Origin: a virus | Lineage: Duplodnaviria; Caudoviricetes | DNA: 64,000 nt | Strand: one strand, 5' to 3' | Virus record (IMG/VR): IMGVR_UViG_2751185860_000001 | Coordinates: 12,733 to 76,732 of that record | Part shown: positions 1 to 10,107 of the stretch, in pieces | Numbering within the stretch: position 1 is the first letter of the stretch | Layout of the letters: every line of letters starts with the position of its first letter | Position numbers and translations under genes: made by a program | The notes under the pieces: model-generated | Seen by the model: the letters and a program-made list of their open reading frames with translations, nothing else | Told to the model about the DNA's origin: nothing | Databases searched by the model: none

Positions 1-45
1 AGAGTGAGGTCTTTTTTGTTTAAATCACTTCCAAAGGAATCCCCG

Positions 46-366
46 ATGGCATCTGGATCAGATAAGTCTGTGAAAGGGACACCGCCTAATGCAGGAGCAG
101 GGCGTGTGAAAGGTGTTCCCAATAAGACAACGCGTATACTTAAAGAGGCTGTGATTAAGGCTGCAGAGCAGGCTGGCAACAAATATGGCAATGAAGGGCT
201 GATCTCTTATCTTGAACGCCAGGCTGTAAAATGCCCCGCTGCTTATTTAGCGTTGTTGGGAAAGATCTTGCCTTTGCAGGTTACCGGTGAAAATGATGAA
301 GCCATCAAGATGATTACACGTGTTGAGATTGTAGCACCTGTTATCAAGGACAAAGATGCTGTTTAA
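46..366 (+). CDS. Terminase small subunit (putative)
   Basis: ATG at 46 after AAAGGA; GRVKGVPNK motif typical of small terminases; directly upstream of terL. Confidence 0.7.
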   Translation: MASGSDKSVKGTPPNAGAGRVKGVPNKTTRILKEAVIKAAEQAGNKYGNEGLISYLERQAVKCPAAYLALLGKILPLQVTGENDEAIKMITRVEIVAPVIKDKDAV

Positions 367-377
367 GGGTAATTGAG

Positions 378-1703
378 ATGGCTACAGCTCAAGTTGTGAT
401 CATCGAGAAATTAATCCCCTTGTTTCAAGGAGCTGCTGATGTGCGTGCTGCGTGGGGAGGGCGAGGATCAGGAAAGACAAGGTCCTTTGCCTTAATGGCG
501 GCCTTAAAGGGCTATGAATATGGTATGGGTGGGATATCAGGGATTATCCTTTGTGCTCGCCAGTTTCAAAATTCGCTTGCTGAGAGTTCATTGCAAGAGA
601 TTAAACGAGCGATTGAGACTTATGATTTTTTAAAGGATTATTACAACGTTGGAGAGTCGTCCATTAAGTCGAAAGATGGACGTATATCTTTTCAGTTTTC
701 GGGGCTAGATCGCAATATTGCGAGCATTAAGTCGATGGGACGTATTTTGCTTTGTTGGGTTGATGAAGCTGAACCTGTGACAGAAACGGCTTGGCAAACA
801 CTGATACCGACATTGCGGGAAGAAGGAGAGGGCTGGCGTGCAGAGCTTTGGGTGACGTGGAATCCGTTGCGTGAGAATGCACCTGTTGAAAGACGCTTTC
901 GTTTTACAAAGGACGAAAACATTAAAGGAGTAGAAGTTAACTGGTCTGATAATCCTTTGTTTCCCCAAAAGCTGCAAAGAGTACGTCTTGATGATCTTCA
1001 AAACCGTCCTGAGAGCTATAAGCATATTTGGGAGGGTGATTATCTTAAAGCTGTGCAAGGGGCTTATTTTCAAAAGGAGATGTTAGCAGCAGAGCAAGAG
1101 GGGCGCATAGGGCATGTTGCACGTGATCCTTTAATGCCCATTCGTGCTTTTTGGGATATTGGGGGCACTGGAGCTAAAGCTGACGCAACGGCTATATGGA
1201 TTGCACAGTTTGTGGGAAGAGAGATCAGGGTGCTTGATTATTATGAAGCACAAGGTCAACCCTTATCGGAGCATATAGGATGGTTGCGTCATAATGGTTA
1301 TGACAAGGCAGTGATGGTGCTTCCTCATGATGGGGCGACAAGAGACCGTGTTTATAATGTGAGCTTTGAGAGTGCTTTAAATGAGGCTGGTTTTGACACA
1401 CAGGTTGTGCCCAATCAAGGAGCAGGGGCTGTTAAGATGCGCATTGAAGCGGTGCGTCGTATTTTACCTTGTGTTTGGTTTCATGAAGAAACAACGGTTG
1501 CTGGCCGTAAGGCGTTAAATTGGTATCACGAAAAATGGGATGAAAAGCGCGCCATTGGTTTGGGTGCTGAACATGACTGGGCAAGTCATGGAGCCGATGC
1601 CTTTGGTTTGATGTGCACTGTTTATGAAGCACCACGTACTCCATCAAAACCAGAGCGTTATAGCGCGACAGAAAGAGAAACGGCATCATGGATGGCATTT
1701 TAG
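378..1703 (+). CDS. terL: Terminase large subunit (PBSX-like)
   Basis: Walker A GGRGSGKT, Walker B WVDEAE, nuclease motifs WDIG and SHGADAF. Confidence 0.95.
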   Translation: MATAQVVIIEKLIPLFQGAADVRAAWGGRGSGKTRSFALMAALKGYEYGMGGISGIILCARQFQNSLAESSLQEIKRAIETYDFLKDYYNVGESSIKSKDGRISFQFSGLDRNIASIKSMGRILLCWVDEAEPVTETAWQTLIPTLREEGEGWRAELWVTWNPLRENAPVERRFRFTKDENIKGVEVNWSDNPLFPQKLQRVRLDDLQNRPESYKHIWEGDYLKAVQGAYFQKEMLAAEQEGRIGHVARDPLMPIRAFWDIGGTGAKADATAIWIAQFVGREIRVLDYYEAQGQPLSEHIGWLRHNGYDKAVMVLPHDGATRDRVYNVSFESALNEAGFDTQVVPNQGAGAVKMRIEAVRRILPCVWFHEETTVAGRKALNWYHEKWDEKRAIGLGAEHDWASHGADAFGLMCTVYEAPRTPSKPERYSATERETASWMAF

Positions 1704-3730
1704 AAAACGATGTACAAAAGACGACAAGTCTTGATGATGATGCGCTTTATAGACGTCTTAAGTCTTGGTATGCAGAAGATATAGAGCATGCCAATGAATG
1801 GCGTGAGCAAGCGCGTGAAGACTTTGACTTTTATAATGGACGTCAATGGGCAGAAGAAGATTTAGCTGTTTTAAAGGCACAGCGGCGCCCTGTGATGACG
1901 TTTAACCGTATTGCTCCTTTGGTGAATGCCATTGTTGGAGCAGAGCGTAACAATAAACGGGAAGTGCAGTTTCAACCAAGACAAGTTGGTGCAGCGATAT
2001 CCAATGAATTACTCACCGGAGCAGCAGAATGGTTTCGTGATGAAGCTGAAGCTGAATATGCCGATTCCGATGCCTTTCAAGATATGGTCATTTGCGGTAT
2101 GGGGTGGACAGATACACGGCTTGATTATGAAGAAAACCCTGAAGGTAAACCCACAGTAAGACGCTTAGATCCACTCAAGATGGTGTGGGATGTGAATGCT
2201 GTAAGGCCTAATCTGGTTGATGCACAGCGTATGTGGTATGTTGATCGCAAGCCCATTGAGGATGCAAAAAGCTTGTTTCCCAATGTGGCCAGTGAAGATC
2301 TGAATGCTGATTGGGCTGTCGATAACACAACCGATCTTGAAGATTATCATGTTTCCCTTGATGCTTATAGTGATGACAATAATAGGATAGATGCCGTTTC
2401 AAGGAAACGCTATGTCACGCTTGTTGAGTGTCGTTGGTTTGAACATGAGACCTATTACAAAGCACCTGATCTTCAAACAGGACAGATGCGTGATTATAGT
2501 GCCCAAGAGTTTGAACAACTGCAAATGCTTGTGCCGCAAATCCAAGGAGCGAGCTTTCATAAAAAGGTGGTTAAGCGTGCTTTTTTAGGGCGTCGTCTTT
2601 TAGGCAAGCCTGACAGACCATTAGCGCCTGATGGGCAACTTGGATGGGAGTGCATTACAGGCACGTTGGATAAGCTTAAAAACCAGTTTTATGGCATTGT
2701 GAGGCCGGCGAAAGACCCACAAAAATGGTCGAATAAATATTTTAGTCAGGTGATGTATATCCTCAATAGCCAGGCTAAAGGTGGGATTATGGCTGAACGA
2801 GGTGCTTTTGATGATGAGCGCCAGGCCGTGGAGAGCTGGGCAAAGGCTGATACAATCACATGGCTTAAAAGTGGTGCTTTAACTCGTGGAATGATACAGT
2901 CTAAACCACGTGCAGAGTTTCCTAATGGTTTCTTTCAGCTGTTTAATGAGGCCTGTGAGGCGCTTACACATGTGACAGGTTTATCTGCTGAGTTTATAGG
3001 AACAAGGGAGGTTAATCAGGCGAATGTGTTGGAGAATACACGTCGCCAGTCAACACTCAATTTGCTTGCAGGTTTATTTGATAATTTAAAGCTGTATCGG
3101 TGCCGACAAGGAAAGATCATTCTTTATCTGATTCAAACCTATCTTTCCGATGGTCGTTTGGTGCGCATTTCTGGACCAGAGAAGGCTGAGTATGTACCCT
3201 TAACGCGTGAGGCTGTCACCACCCTTGAGTATGACATTATCGTTGATGATTCACCAACCAGTCCGAATGAGAAAGAAAGAACCTTTGCAGCGGTTACTCA
3301 GATGTTGCCGTTGCTCGGGAATTTCTTAACGCCTGATATGATCCCCGATCTTTTGAAACTCTCGCCATTGCCAGCAACTCTTGTAGCCAGTTTAACGGCT
3401 AAAGCCCAGCAAGCGCAAATGCAACAGCAACAACAGCAGATGATGATGCAAAACCAAGGGCCACAATTAAGCCCCGAGCAACAAGCAAAAGTTGCAGCCA
3501 TTCAACAAGAAACTCAGGCGAAAGGCGTGCTCAATCAACTGGATGCCCAAAGCAAACAAATGGCACTGCAGCAAAAGAATATTGAGCTTTTCTTAAAGCA
3601 AGAACAAGCGCGTATGCAGCTTGAACAGCAAAGAGCAAGAAATGAGATAACCCAGCGAGAGATGCAGATCAGAGCATTACAAATAGAGCTTGAAGGTTAT
3701 CGAGCAGCAACCATCAGAGGCAAAACTTAA
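1688..3730 (+). CDS. Portal protein, P22-like, Q-rich C-terminus
   Basis: 680 aa after terL; DFYNGRQW and NRIAPLVNAIVG N-terminal motifs; coiled-coil/polyQ tail. Confidence 0.85.
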   Translation: MDGILENDVQKTTSLDDDALYRRLKSWYAEDIEHANEWREQAREDFDFYNGRQWAEEDLAVLKAQRRPVMTFNRIAPLVNAIVGAERNNKREVQFQPRQVGAAISNELLTGAAEWFRDEAEAEYADSDAFQDMVICGMGWTDTRLDYEENPEGKPTVRRLDPLKMVWDVNAVRPNLVDAQRMWYVDRKPIEDAKSLFPNVASEDLNADWAVDNTTDLEDYHVSLDAYSDDNNRIDAVSRKRYVTLVECRWFEHETYYKAPDLQTGQMRDYSAQEFEQLQMLVPQIQGASFHKKVVKRAFLGRRLLGKPDRPLAPDGQLGWECITGTLDKLKNQFYGIVRPAKDPQKWSNKYFSQVMYILNSQAKGGIMAERGAFDDERQAVESWAKADTITWLKSGALTRGMIQSKPRAEFPNGFFQLFNEACEALTHVTGLSAEFIGTREVNQANVLENTRRQSTLNLLAGLFDNLKLYRCRQGKIILYLIQTYLSDGRLVRISGPEKAEYVPLTREAVTTLEYDIIVDDSPTSPNEKERTFAAVTQMLPLLGNFLTPDMIPDLLKLSPLPATLVASLTAKAQQAQMQQQQQQMMMQNQGPQLSPEQQAKVAAIQQETQAKGVLNQLDAQSKQMALQQKNIELFLKQEQARMQLEQQRARNEITQREMQIRALQIELEGYRAATIRGKT

Positions 3731-3748
3731 ACGAAAAGGAACGAAACA

Positions 3749-4723
3749 ATGGAAGAAAAATTAACCCCTGAAGAACAAGCCCTTTATGATGAACAATTTG
3801 CAAGCAATTCTCCTGTTGGCGATTATTCTATTGAAAGCGTGCAAGTGGATGAACCTGAGCAAGATGTTAAAACAGATGGAGCAAATGACACAGGTGGGCT
3901 AGATGAGGCATCTGAGCAGCCAGGAGAAGAGGTTTCTCAAGAGCCGTTAAATGATGATGCTGGTGAGCAAGAGTCTGAAAAGCCTGATTACGGTGTTGTA
4001 GAGCAAGAGCGCCAAGCGCGTCAAAAAGCGGAGCAAGATGCTGCTGAGGCTCGTGAGCTTGCACTGGAGATGGCACAAAAATATGCCACCATGCAGCAAG
4101 AAATTACGCGCCGTTCTGATGAAAATGTTCCTTCTTTGGAAAAGGATCCCAAGGCGCATATGGCATGGCTTAGTCAGAAGGTGCAAGAACAGCAAAGATT
4201 GCTTCATGAGTTTTCATCGATAAGAGAGCAACAAGAGCGCGTCAATCAAGAGCACTATGAGCGTCAGCAATTAGGGGATTATTTTGAAGCAGCCAAGGCA
4301 CAGGTTCAAGATAAATACCCTGACTTAGATAGCATGATGGATTATCTTTATGAGTATGCAGACAATGATTTGAAAGAAAATGCCAATCTGTATCCGCAAC
4401 TTAATGACCCTGCGGTAAGGCAAGAACAACTTGGCACTCAATTGCGTGATATATGTAAGCAGTGTCAAAGGGCAGGTATTAACCCTGTGGAGTTTCTTGT
4501 GCAAAAAGCAAAGAAGTCTGGATACTCTGGCCCACAGATGAGAGATGATGTGAGTGCTCTTCAAGAACGCACAACAGCAGCACGTACATTGACAGCCCGT
4601 GGGGGGCAAGCTCCAACAGGGGGTGTTGATGTAAAAACACTTTCTTCCATGCCGGAAGCTGAGTTTGCAGCATGGGTTGAGAAAAATCCTGGGAAATTTG
4701 AACAAATTATGAGCGGGATGTGA
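3749..4723 (+). CDS. Scaffolding protein (putative)
   Basis: Acidic N-terminus and coiled coil; lies between portal and capsid. Confidence 0.7.
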   Translation: MEEKLTPEEQALYDEQFASNSPVGDYSIESVQVDEPEQDVKTDGANDTGGLDEASEQPGEEVSQEPLNDDAGEQESEKPDYGVVEQERQARQKAEQDAAEARELALEMAQKYATMQQEITRRSDENVPSLEKDPKAHMAWLSQKVQEQQRLLHEFSSIREQQERVNQEHYERQQLGDYFEAAKAQVQDKYPDLDSMMDYLYEYADNDLKENANLYPQLNDPAVRQEQLGTQLRDICKQCQRAGINPVEFLVQKAKKSGYSGPQMRDDVSALQERTTAARTLTARGGQAPTGGVDVKTLSSMPEAEFAAWVEKNPGKFEQIMSGM

Positions 4724-4829
4724 AGGACATGCATCTTAGCTCATCAGAGATAACCAAGTGATGGTGCTTGGTTATGCCGTACTTTTTGCGGCAATTTTTT
4801 AAACAATACGAAGAAAGGCATTTTAAAAA

Positions 4830-5966
4830 ATGGCGACAACACAAATAACGATCAATGACCCATTAGCGGTTAGCGCTTGGGCTAAGATGCTCAATACAGA
4901 GACCTCAAAAGCGTTGTCTATTGCACCGCTTATGGGGACAAACAAAAATAGTGTCATCCAAGTTCAGGATGAATCAGGAAAATCAGCGGGTGATTCAATC
5001 ACCATGGGATTGCGTGTTCAGCTTATGGGTGATGGTGTTAGCGAGGGCCAAACGCTGGAAGGCAATGAGGAAGCACTTCAGTTTATGAGTGATAAGATAC
5101 GCATTAATGAGCTTTCTCATGCTGTACGTGTTAAAAATGAAGGATCGATTGATCAGCAACGTGTTTTGTTTAACTTGCGTAATGAAGCAAAGGATGGACT
5201 TGTTGATTGGTATGCAGACCGTTTAAGCATGATGTTCTTTATTCAGGCTGCAGGCTATACAGCACCATGGATGAAGTTTGAAGGGCATACCGTAACGCTT
5301 AAGCCTGTGCATTATGGTTTTAATGAACCTTTAGAGCCAAGCAGTAAGCGTGTTATTCGCCCAGGTCAGAAAAAAACGGATGAGACGCTTGCGAAAGAGG
5401 ATGTGTTTAATCTCAAATTGATTGATCAAGCTGTGCAGCGTGCAAAACTGGCTAATCCTAAGATTAGACCGGTGCGTATCAATGGAGACAGTGTCTATGT
5501 GATGTATCTTCACCCAATACAGGTGACCCAATTGCGCACCAATACAGATCCTGGTCAGTGGCTTGACATTACCAAGGCAGTTTTTAATGGAAGCCGCTCT
5601 AAAAACCCCATTTTTGATGGATCATTAGGGATGTATAATGGTGTTGTTTTGCGTGAATCTGAACATGTGCCCAATGGTGTTGATTCAAAGACCAAAGAGC
5701 CTGTTTTGTCTGTTCGGCGTGCTGTTTTGCTTGGTGCACAAAGTATCATCATGGCTTATGGGCGTTTTAATGGTGGAGCGAAAGGCAATGGAGCAACACG
5801 CTATAAATTAGTGGAAGAGATGTTTGATTATGAACGTGAGTTTGGTGTGGCTGCTAAGACTCTTATTGGCATGAAAAAGCCACGCTACGCTTTACCCTAT
5901 TCTAATCAGGGAGCACAAGACTTTGGCACCATTGTCATTCCATCTTTTGCTGAAGATAACGTATAA
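4830..5966 (+). CDS. Major capsid protein (N4-gp56/DUF4043-like)
   Basis: 378 aa; GDSITMGLR, LEGNEEAL, GSLGMYNGVVLRE motifs; position. Confidence 0.85.
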   Translation: MATTQITINDPLAVSAWAKMLNTETSKALSIAPLMGTNKNSVIQVQDESGKSAGDSITMGLRVQLMGDGVSEGQTLEGNEEALQFMSDKIRINELSHAVRVKNEGSIDQQRVLFNLRNEAKDGLVDWYADRLSMMFFIQAAGYTAPWMKFEGHTVTLKPVHYGFNEPLEPSSKRVIRPGQKKTDETLAKEDVFNLKLIDQAVQRAKLANPKIRPVRINGDSVYVMYLHPIQVTQLRTNTDPGQWLDITKAVFNGSRSKNPIFDGSLGMYNGVVLRESEHVPNGVDSKTKEPVLSVRRAVLLGAQSIIMAYGRFNGGAKGNGATRYKLVEEMFDYEREFGVAAKTLIGMKKPRYALPYSNQGAQDFGTIVIPSFAEDNV

Positions 5967-5994
5967 ACATCAATGAAATGAGTAGGATTTAATT

Positions 5995-6426
5995 ATGACA
6001 AAACAACGTCTTATGACACAGACATTTGTTGATTTTACACAAACAACGGATGAGGGCATGCCACCTGTTTTGCAGGGGCGTGATATTCATACACAACAAG
6101 TGAGCTTTTTTCGCTCACGTATACAAGCAAGTGACACAGGGCTTACCACATCGGTTGGTGTTTTACCACGGGGTGCTTTGATTAAAAGCATTACTGTTTA
6201 TACACTGACAGATTTTGAAGGGGCCACTGCAACGATTGGCAAAAAACCAGGGGACAGTGATTATGGGACACAAGTGCTTGAAGCGGAAGGTGTTAAAGAG
6301 GTTGAATTGCCTTTAAAAGCACGCAGCGTTCCCCTTCAGTTTGAAAATACGATTTATGTTACACGAGACAAGAAAAGCTCCAAAGGGGATGCTGAGATCA
6401 TTGTTGAGTTTTACACAAATCGTTAA
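5995..6426 (+). CDS. Virion protein, possible capsid decoration
   Basis: 143 aa beta-rich ORF after capsid, followed by terminator. Confidence 0.5.
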   Translation: MTKQRLMTQTFVDFTQTTDEGMPPVLQGRDIHTQQVSFFRSRIQASDTGLTTSVGVLPRGALIKSITVYTLTDFEGATATIGKKPGDSDYGTQVLEAEGVKEVELPLKARSVPLQFENTIYVTRDKKSSKGDAEIIVEFYTNR

Positions 6427-6430
6427 AAGA

Positions 6431-6464
6431 AGGGGGCGTTTGTTCCTTACGCTCCCTCCTTTTT
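6431..6464 (+). terminator. Rho-independent terminator after capsid genes
   Basis: AGGGGGCGT...ACGCTCCCT stem followed by T-run. Confidence 0.6.
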
Positions 6465-6466
6465 AA

Positions 6467-7180
6467 ATGTTGGGAATATTATTGATGGCTATTACGATTC
6501 ATACAGGCGGTCCCCTTGAGATAAAAGGAGAGATAGTTCCTCATGATCAAAATTTCATTCAGATGGTCGATGATATTCAAGATGAGATTGATGATCAAAC
6601 CAATGAATATGTTGACCAAGTACAAAAGGTGATATTTTCAGCTATTCGTTTTTGTGAACGGTTTCCCTTTTATTTTAATGAAAGCCGTGAGGTTGTTTTA
6701 ACCACATTGCAAGGCAAAAGCCGATATGGAGATGAGGCTCACCCTTCAATCAGTGGAGCTATTCAGATTATTGATGCTTATATTGATGGGAATAATCATA
6801 GCAAGTCAAAGCTTTTGCGGGTAGATCCGATGGAGATTGAAGGGTTTGATGAGGCTCATCGTGGTTTGCCCACACGCTATGCTTATTTTGCACAAAGGCT
6901 TGTTTTCTATCCAACACCCGATAATGTTTATTCTATCAGGCTTATTCTTGATCCTATACGGGTTAAAACTATTGAGAATGCGAGGCAAGCATCTGTATGG
7001 TTTTTGGAAGCTTATGAGCTTATCAAAACCCGCGCAAAATATGAGTTATATGCCAATATACTCAAAGAACCACAGATGGCAGCAACAGCCCTTGCGATGT
7101 TTCAAGAGCAGTTAAACGCGCTTCAAATTGAGACCTCACGGCGTAAAAACTTTGCACAGATTCAACACACGGATTTCTGA
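6467..7180 (+). CDS. Head-tail adaptor (putative)
   Basis: Position after capsid; GLPTRYAY and LVFYPTPD motifs resemble podovirus adaptors. Confidence 0.6.
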   Translation: MLGILLMAITIHTGGPLEIKGEIVPHDQNFIQMVDDIQDEIDDQTNEYVDQVQKVIFSAIRFCERFPFYFNESREVVLTTLQGKSRYGDEAHPSISGAIQIIDAYIDGNNHSKSKLLRVDPMEIEGFDEAHRGLPTRYAYFAQRLVFYPTPDNVYSIRLILDPIRVKTIENARQASVWFLEAYELIKTRAKYELYANILKEPQMAATALAMFQEQLNALQIETSRRKNFAQIQHTDF

Positions 7181-8637
7181 TGACTTTTATCCCTATTGCT
7201 GAATTTAGACCAGACACTGCATTTATAAACAGTGGCTATTCGAATGAGATTGTGAATGTTTTGCCTGCCCCTCAGGCTTATATTCCCTTTCCAACGGTTG
7301 CACCTATTTCAGAACCATTTCCCGATGAGATCTTAGGCGTGTATGCTGTACGCTCATCAGGTGGTGTGCGTATCATTGTGGGTTCACCAACCAAGCTTTA
7401 CGCGTTTGATAATAGTACGCGTGGATGGAAAGATATCAGCAAGCCTGATACGCTCTATCATGCCAATGAGACAGCACCTTGGTCATTTGCTTCTTTTGGG
7501 GATTATATCATTGCTGTTAATAGTAATGATGCACCACAGGTGCTTTCTTTAAAAAAGGATGAGAGGTTTGATGATTTGGGAGGGGAGCCTCCACGGGCTG
7601 GTATTGTGCGTGTTTGGGGTGATTTTGTTTGTTTGATGAAGCTTACAGATTATCCAAACCGTGTGCATTGGTCAGGGTTAAATGATGCGCAGTTTTGGAC
7701 TGTTGGGGAAAACAGCTGTGATTATCAAAATTTTCCAGATGGTGAATATGTTCAAGGTTCAACACAAGCAACCAACCCATTTATTTTTATGCGATCTTCT
7801 ATTTACCATGCGACATTTGTACCAGGCTCGAAGATTATATTTAGTTTTACGAAAGTAAAGGATAAAATAGGAGCCAAAAGCAGCACAGCCATTGCAAGCC
7901 GTGGGGAACATACTTTCTTTGTCGCTGATGATGGGTTTTACCAGATCAATAATGAAGGAGAGATGCTGCCTATTGGTTTTGGTAAAGTCGATAAAACGGT
8001 TTTTACACTTTATCATAACTTTTCTATTGATGACATGCACGCGTGCATTGATCCAGTTTATTCACGGGTATACTTTTCGATCAATGACGATATCGCTGGA
8101 ATGCATATTTATGTGTATGATTGGATCTTGCAAACATGGAGTGTCATCAAGGGGCATGATCTTTTCTTATTTCCCTTATTTGCAGTGGGGTATACCTTAG
8201 AAGGTCTCGATGAAGTCTCTAACCGTTTGATAGATTTGCCCGCTTCTCTTGATAGTAAGATATGGCAAAATGGTGCCCCTGTCTTAGGAGCGTTTAATCA
8301 AGACAATAGATTTGGGCTTTTTGCTGGCCCGCCGATGGAAGCGGTGATTACCTCACAGACGATGGGTAATACGACAAGACAGATCAACCTGATGAGTGAG
8401 GCTTTTGTTCAAGCCGATACAACAGAGGGTTTGTTAAGTGTTGGGGCTGCTTTTATTCTGGATGATGACAATCGGTTTCATTGGGCAGACGAACGTTATG
8501 CGGGCTATAATCACGGGATGTATAATATTCGCTCACGAGCGCGTTATCATGGGTTGCGTCTGAGAATACCAGAAGGCACACCATGGACGCATATGACAGG
8601 TTTTGAAGTAACGCTCAAACCTGCAGGTATCAGATGA
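7180..8637 (+). CDS. Tail nozzle / head stabilisation protein
   Basis: 485 aa beta-propeller-like; RVHWSGLND motif; position. Confidence 0.65.
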   Translation: MTFIPIAEFRPDTAFINSGYSNEIVNVLPAPQAYIPFPTVAPISEPFPDEILGVYAVRSSGGVRIIVGSPTKLYAFDNSTRGWKDISKPDTLYHANETAPWSFASFGDYIIAVNSNDAPQVLSLKKDERFDDLGGEPPRAGIVRVWGDFVCLMKLTDYPNRVHWSGLNDAQFWTVGENSCDYQNFPDGEYVQGSTQATNPFIFMRSSIYHATFVPGSKIIFSFTKVKDKIGAKSSTAIASRGEHTFFVADDGFYQINNEGEMLPIGFGKVDKTVFTLYHNFSIDDMHACIDPVYSRVYFSINDDIAGMHIYVYDWILQTWSVIKGHDLFLFPLFAVGYTLEGLDEVSNRLIDLPASLDSKIWQNGAPVLGAFNQDNRFGLFAGPPMEAVITSQTMGNTTRQINLMSEAFVQADTTEGLLSVGAAFILDDDNRFHWADERYAGYNHGMYNIRSRARYHGLRLRIPEGTPWTHMTGFEVTLKPAGIR

Positions 8638-9062
8638 ATTTGAAAGTTTATAACACACAGCAATGGAGTGCTGAACAAATAGCACCTTATTGGCGTAATA
8701 TCTTAAAATCGATTGCTTATTTTATTGATAAGTTTCCCGATGATTATGATCTTGAGACACTTTTGAGCGATATTTTAAAAGGGGAAAAGCTTCTTTGGAT
8801 TATCGTTGATGAGCACGAAAATTTTATGGCTCATATCACTACACAATTGGATCATCTTATTACAGGGGTAAAGCGTGCGGTTATTGTGACGCTTGGTGGA
8901 ACAGGTGGGCAGCATTTAAGTCAGATTATTCCACATATTGAGGACTATTACAAAGAACAAGGGGCAGACGAGCTTATCATCATAGGCCGGCGTGGATGGG
9001 AGAGATCTCTTAAAGCGCATGGCTACTGCGTTAATCTTTTAGAATATAGAAAGCAGCTTTAA
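8634..9062 (+). CDS. Small virion assembly protein, GNAT-like (putative)
   Basis: IIGRRGWER motif; lies between nozzle and ejection proteins. Confidence 0.45.
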   Translation: MNLKVYNTQQWSAEQIAPYWRNILKSIAYFIDKFPDDYDLETLLSDILKGEKLLWIIVDEHENFMAHITTQLDHLITGVKRAVIVTLGGTGGQHLSQIIPHIEDYYKEQGADELIIIGRRGWERSLKAHGYCVNLLEYRKQL

Positions 9063-9063
9063 C

Positions 9064-10107
9064 ATGGGAAAAAATAAAAAACCAAAGGTGACACAAAACA
9101 CGACACAGACAAATGCACCTCCTGCGTGGGCACAAGGTATTTTTGAGCTTGGTGCCAATGATGCGATGAATCTTTACAATAGTGGCAGTGGGAAGGAGGT
9201 TTATCAGGGGGATCGTGTTACCAATTTGAGTGATCAGACATTGGGTGCGATTACAGGGCTTAACAACACGGCTCAAAGCTATAATAACAGCTATTTAAAT
9301 GGGCTTGCCACGGGACCAAATGCAGCAAGTCAAAATTTAAGCAACATGGCTTCTGGGGCGCAAATAGGCGCTAACCCTTATTTTAATGAAGCCCTTCAAA
9401 ACACCTTAAACAATACGGCGAACTCTATTAACAGTTCAATGTCAGGGGCAGGGCGTTATGGTTCAGGGGCACATACGGGTGTTCTTGCCAATGAATTGGG
9501 GGGTATTGCAACCCAAGCGATGGCACAGCAATATAACCAAGATGTCAACAATATGATGGCTGCCAATAGTTTGATTGACCAGGCTAACCAAAACCAGCTT
9601 GCAGGGGCATCGAATTTCTTCCAAGGTCAAGGTCAGGCGAATATAAATGCGCTTGCGGGAGGCAGTTTGATTGATGCCAATAATCAGCAGAAACTTGATG
9701 CAGAGCGGGAAAAATGGGAGCAGCAGAATAATCTTGAATGGGATCAGTTAAGTAAGTTACTGGCCGCAGGAGGGGCTGTTTCTGGCAATTACGGTACACA
9801 AACAGGGCAATCGACAACACTTGTTCCAAACAATCCATGGGCAACTATTGGAGGTATTGGGGGTATTTTTGGTGGAATGCCGGGGTTAAGTGATCGAAGA
9901 GCAAAAGAGAACATTGTTGAAGTTGGGTATAGAGATGGACACAAGCTCTATGACTATAATTACAAAGGGTGCTCTAAACGCTATCGAGGGGTAATGGCGC
10001 AAGATATTCTTGCAACAAATCCTGAGGCTGTTTTCTTAAATACTGTCACCGGCCTTTTGCATGTTGATTATAGCAAGCTTGGTTTTAATATGGAAAGGGT
10101 TGCTTAA
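9064..10107 (+). CDS. Ejection/pilot-like protein with C-terminal S74-like chaperone domain
   Basis: N/Q/G/A-rich body; C-terminal SDRRAKENI...YRGVMAQDI. Confidence 0.65.
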   Translation: MGKNKKPKVTQNTTQTNAPPAWAQGIFELGANDAMNLYNSGSGKEVYQGDRVTNLSDQTLGAITGLNNTAQSYNNSYLNGLATGPNAASQNLSNMASGAQIGANPYFNEALQNTLNNTANSINSSMSGAGRYGSGAHTGVLANELGGIATQAMAQQYNQDVNNMMAANSLIDQANQNQLAGASNFFQGQGQANINALAGGSLIDANNQQKLDAEREKWEQQNNLEWDQLSKLLAAGGAVSGNYGTQTGQSTTLVPNNPWATIGGIGGIFGGMPGLSDRRAKENIVEVGYRDGHKLYDYNYKGCSKRYRGVMAQDILATNPEAVFLNTVTGLLHVDYSKLGFNMERVA

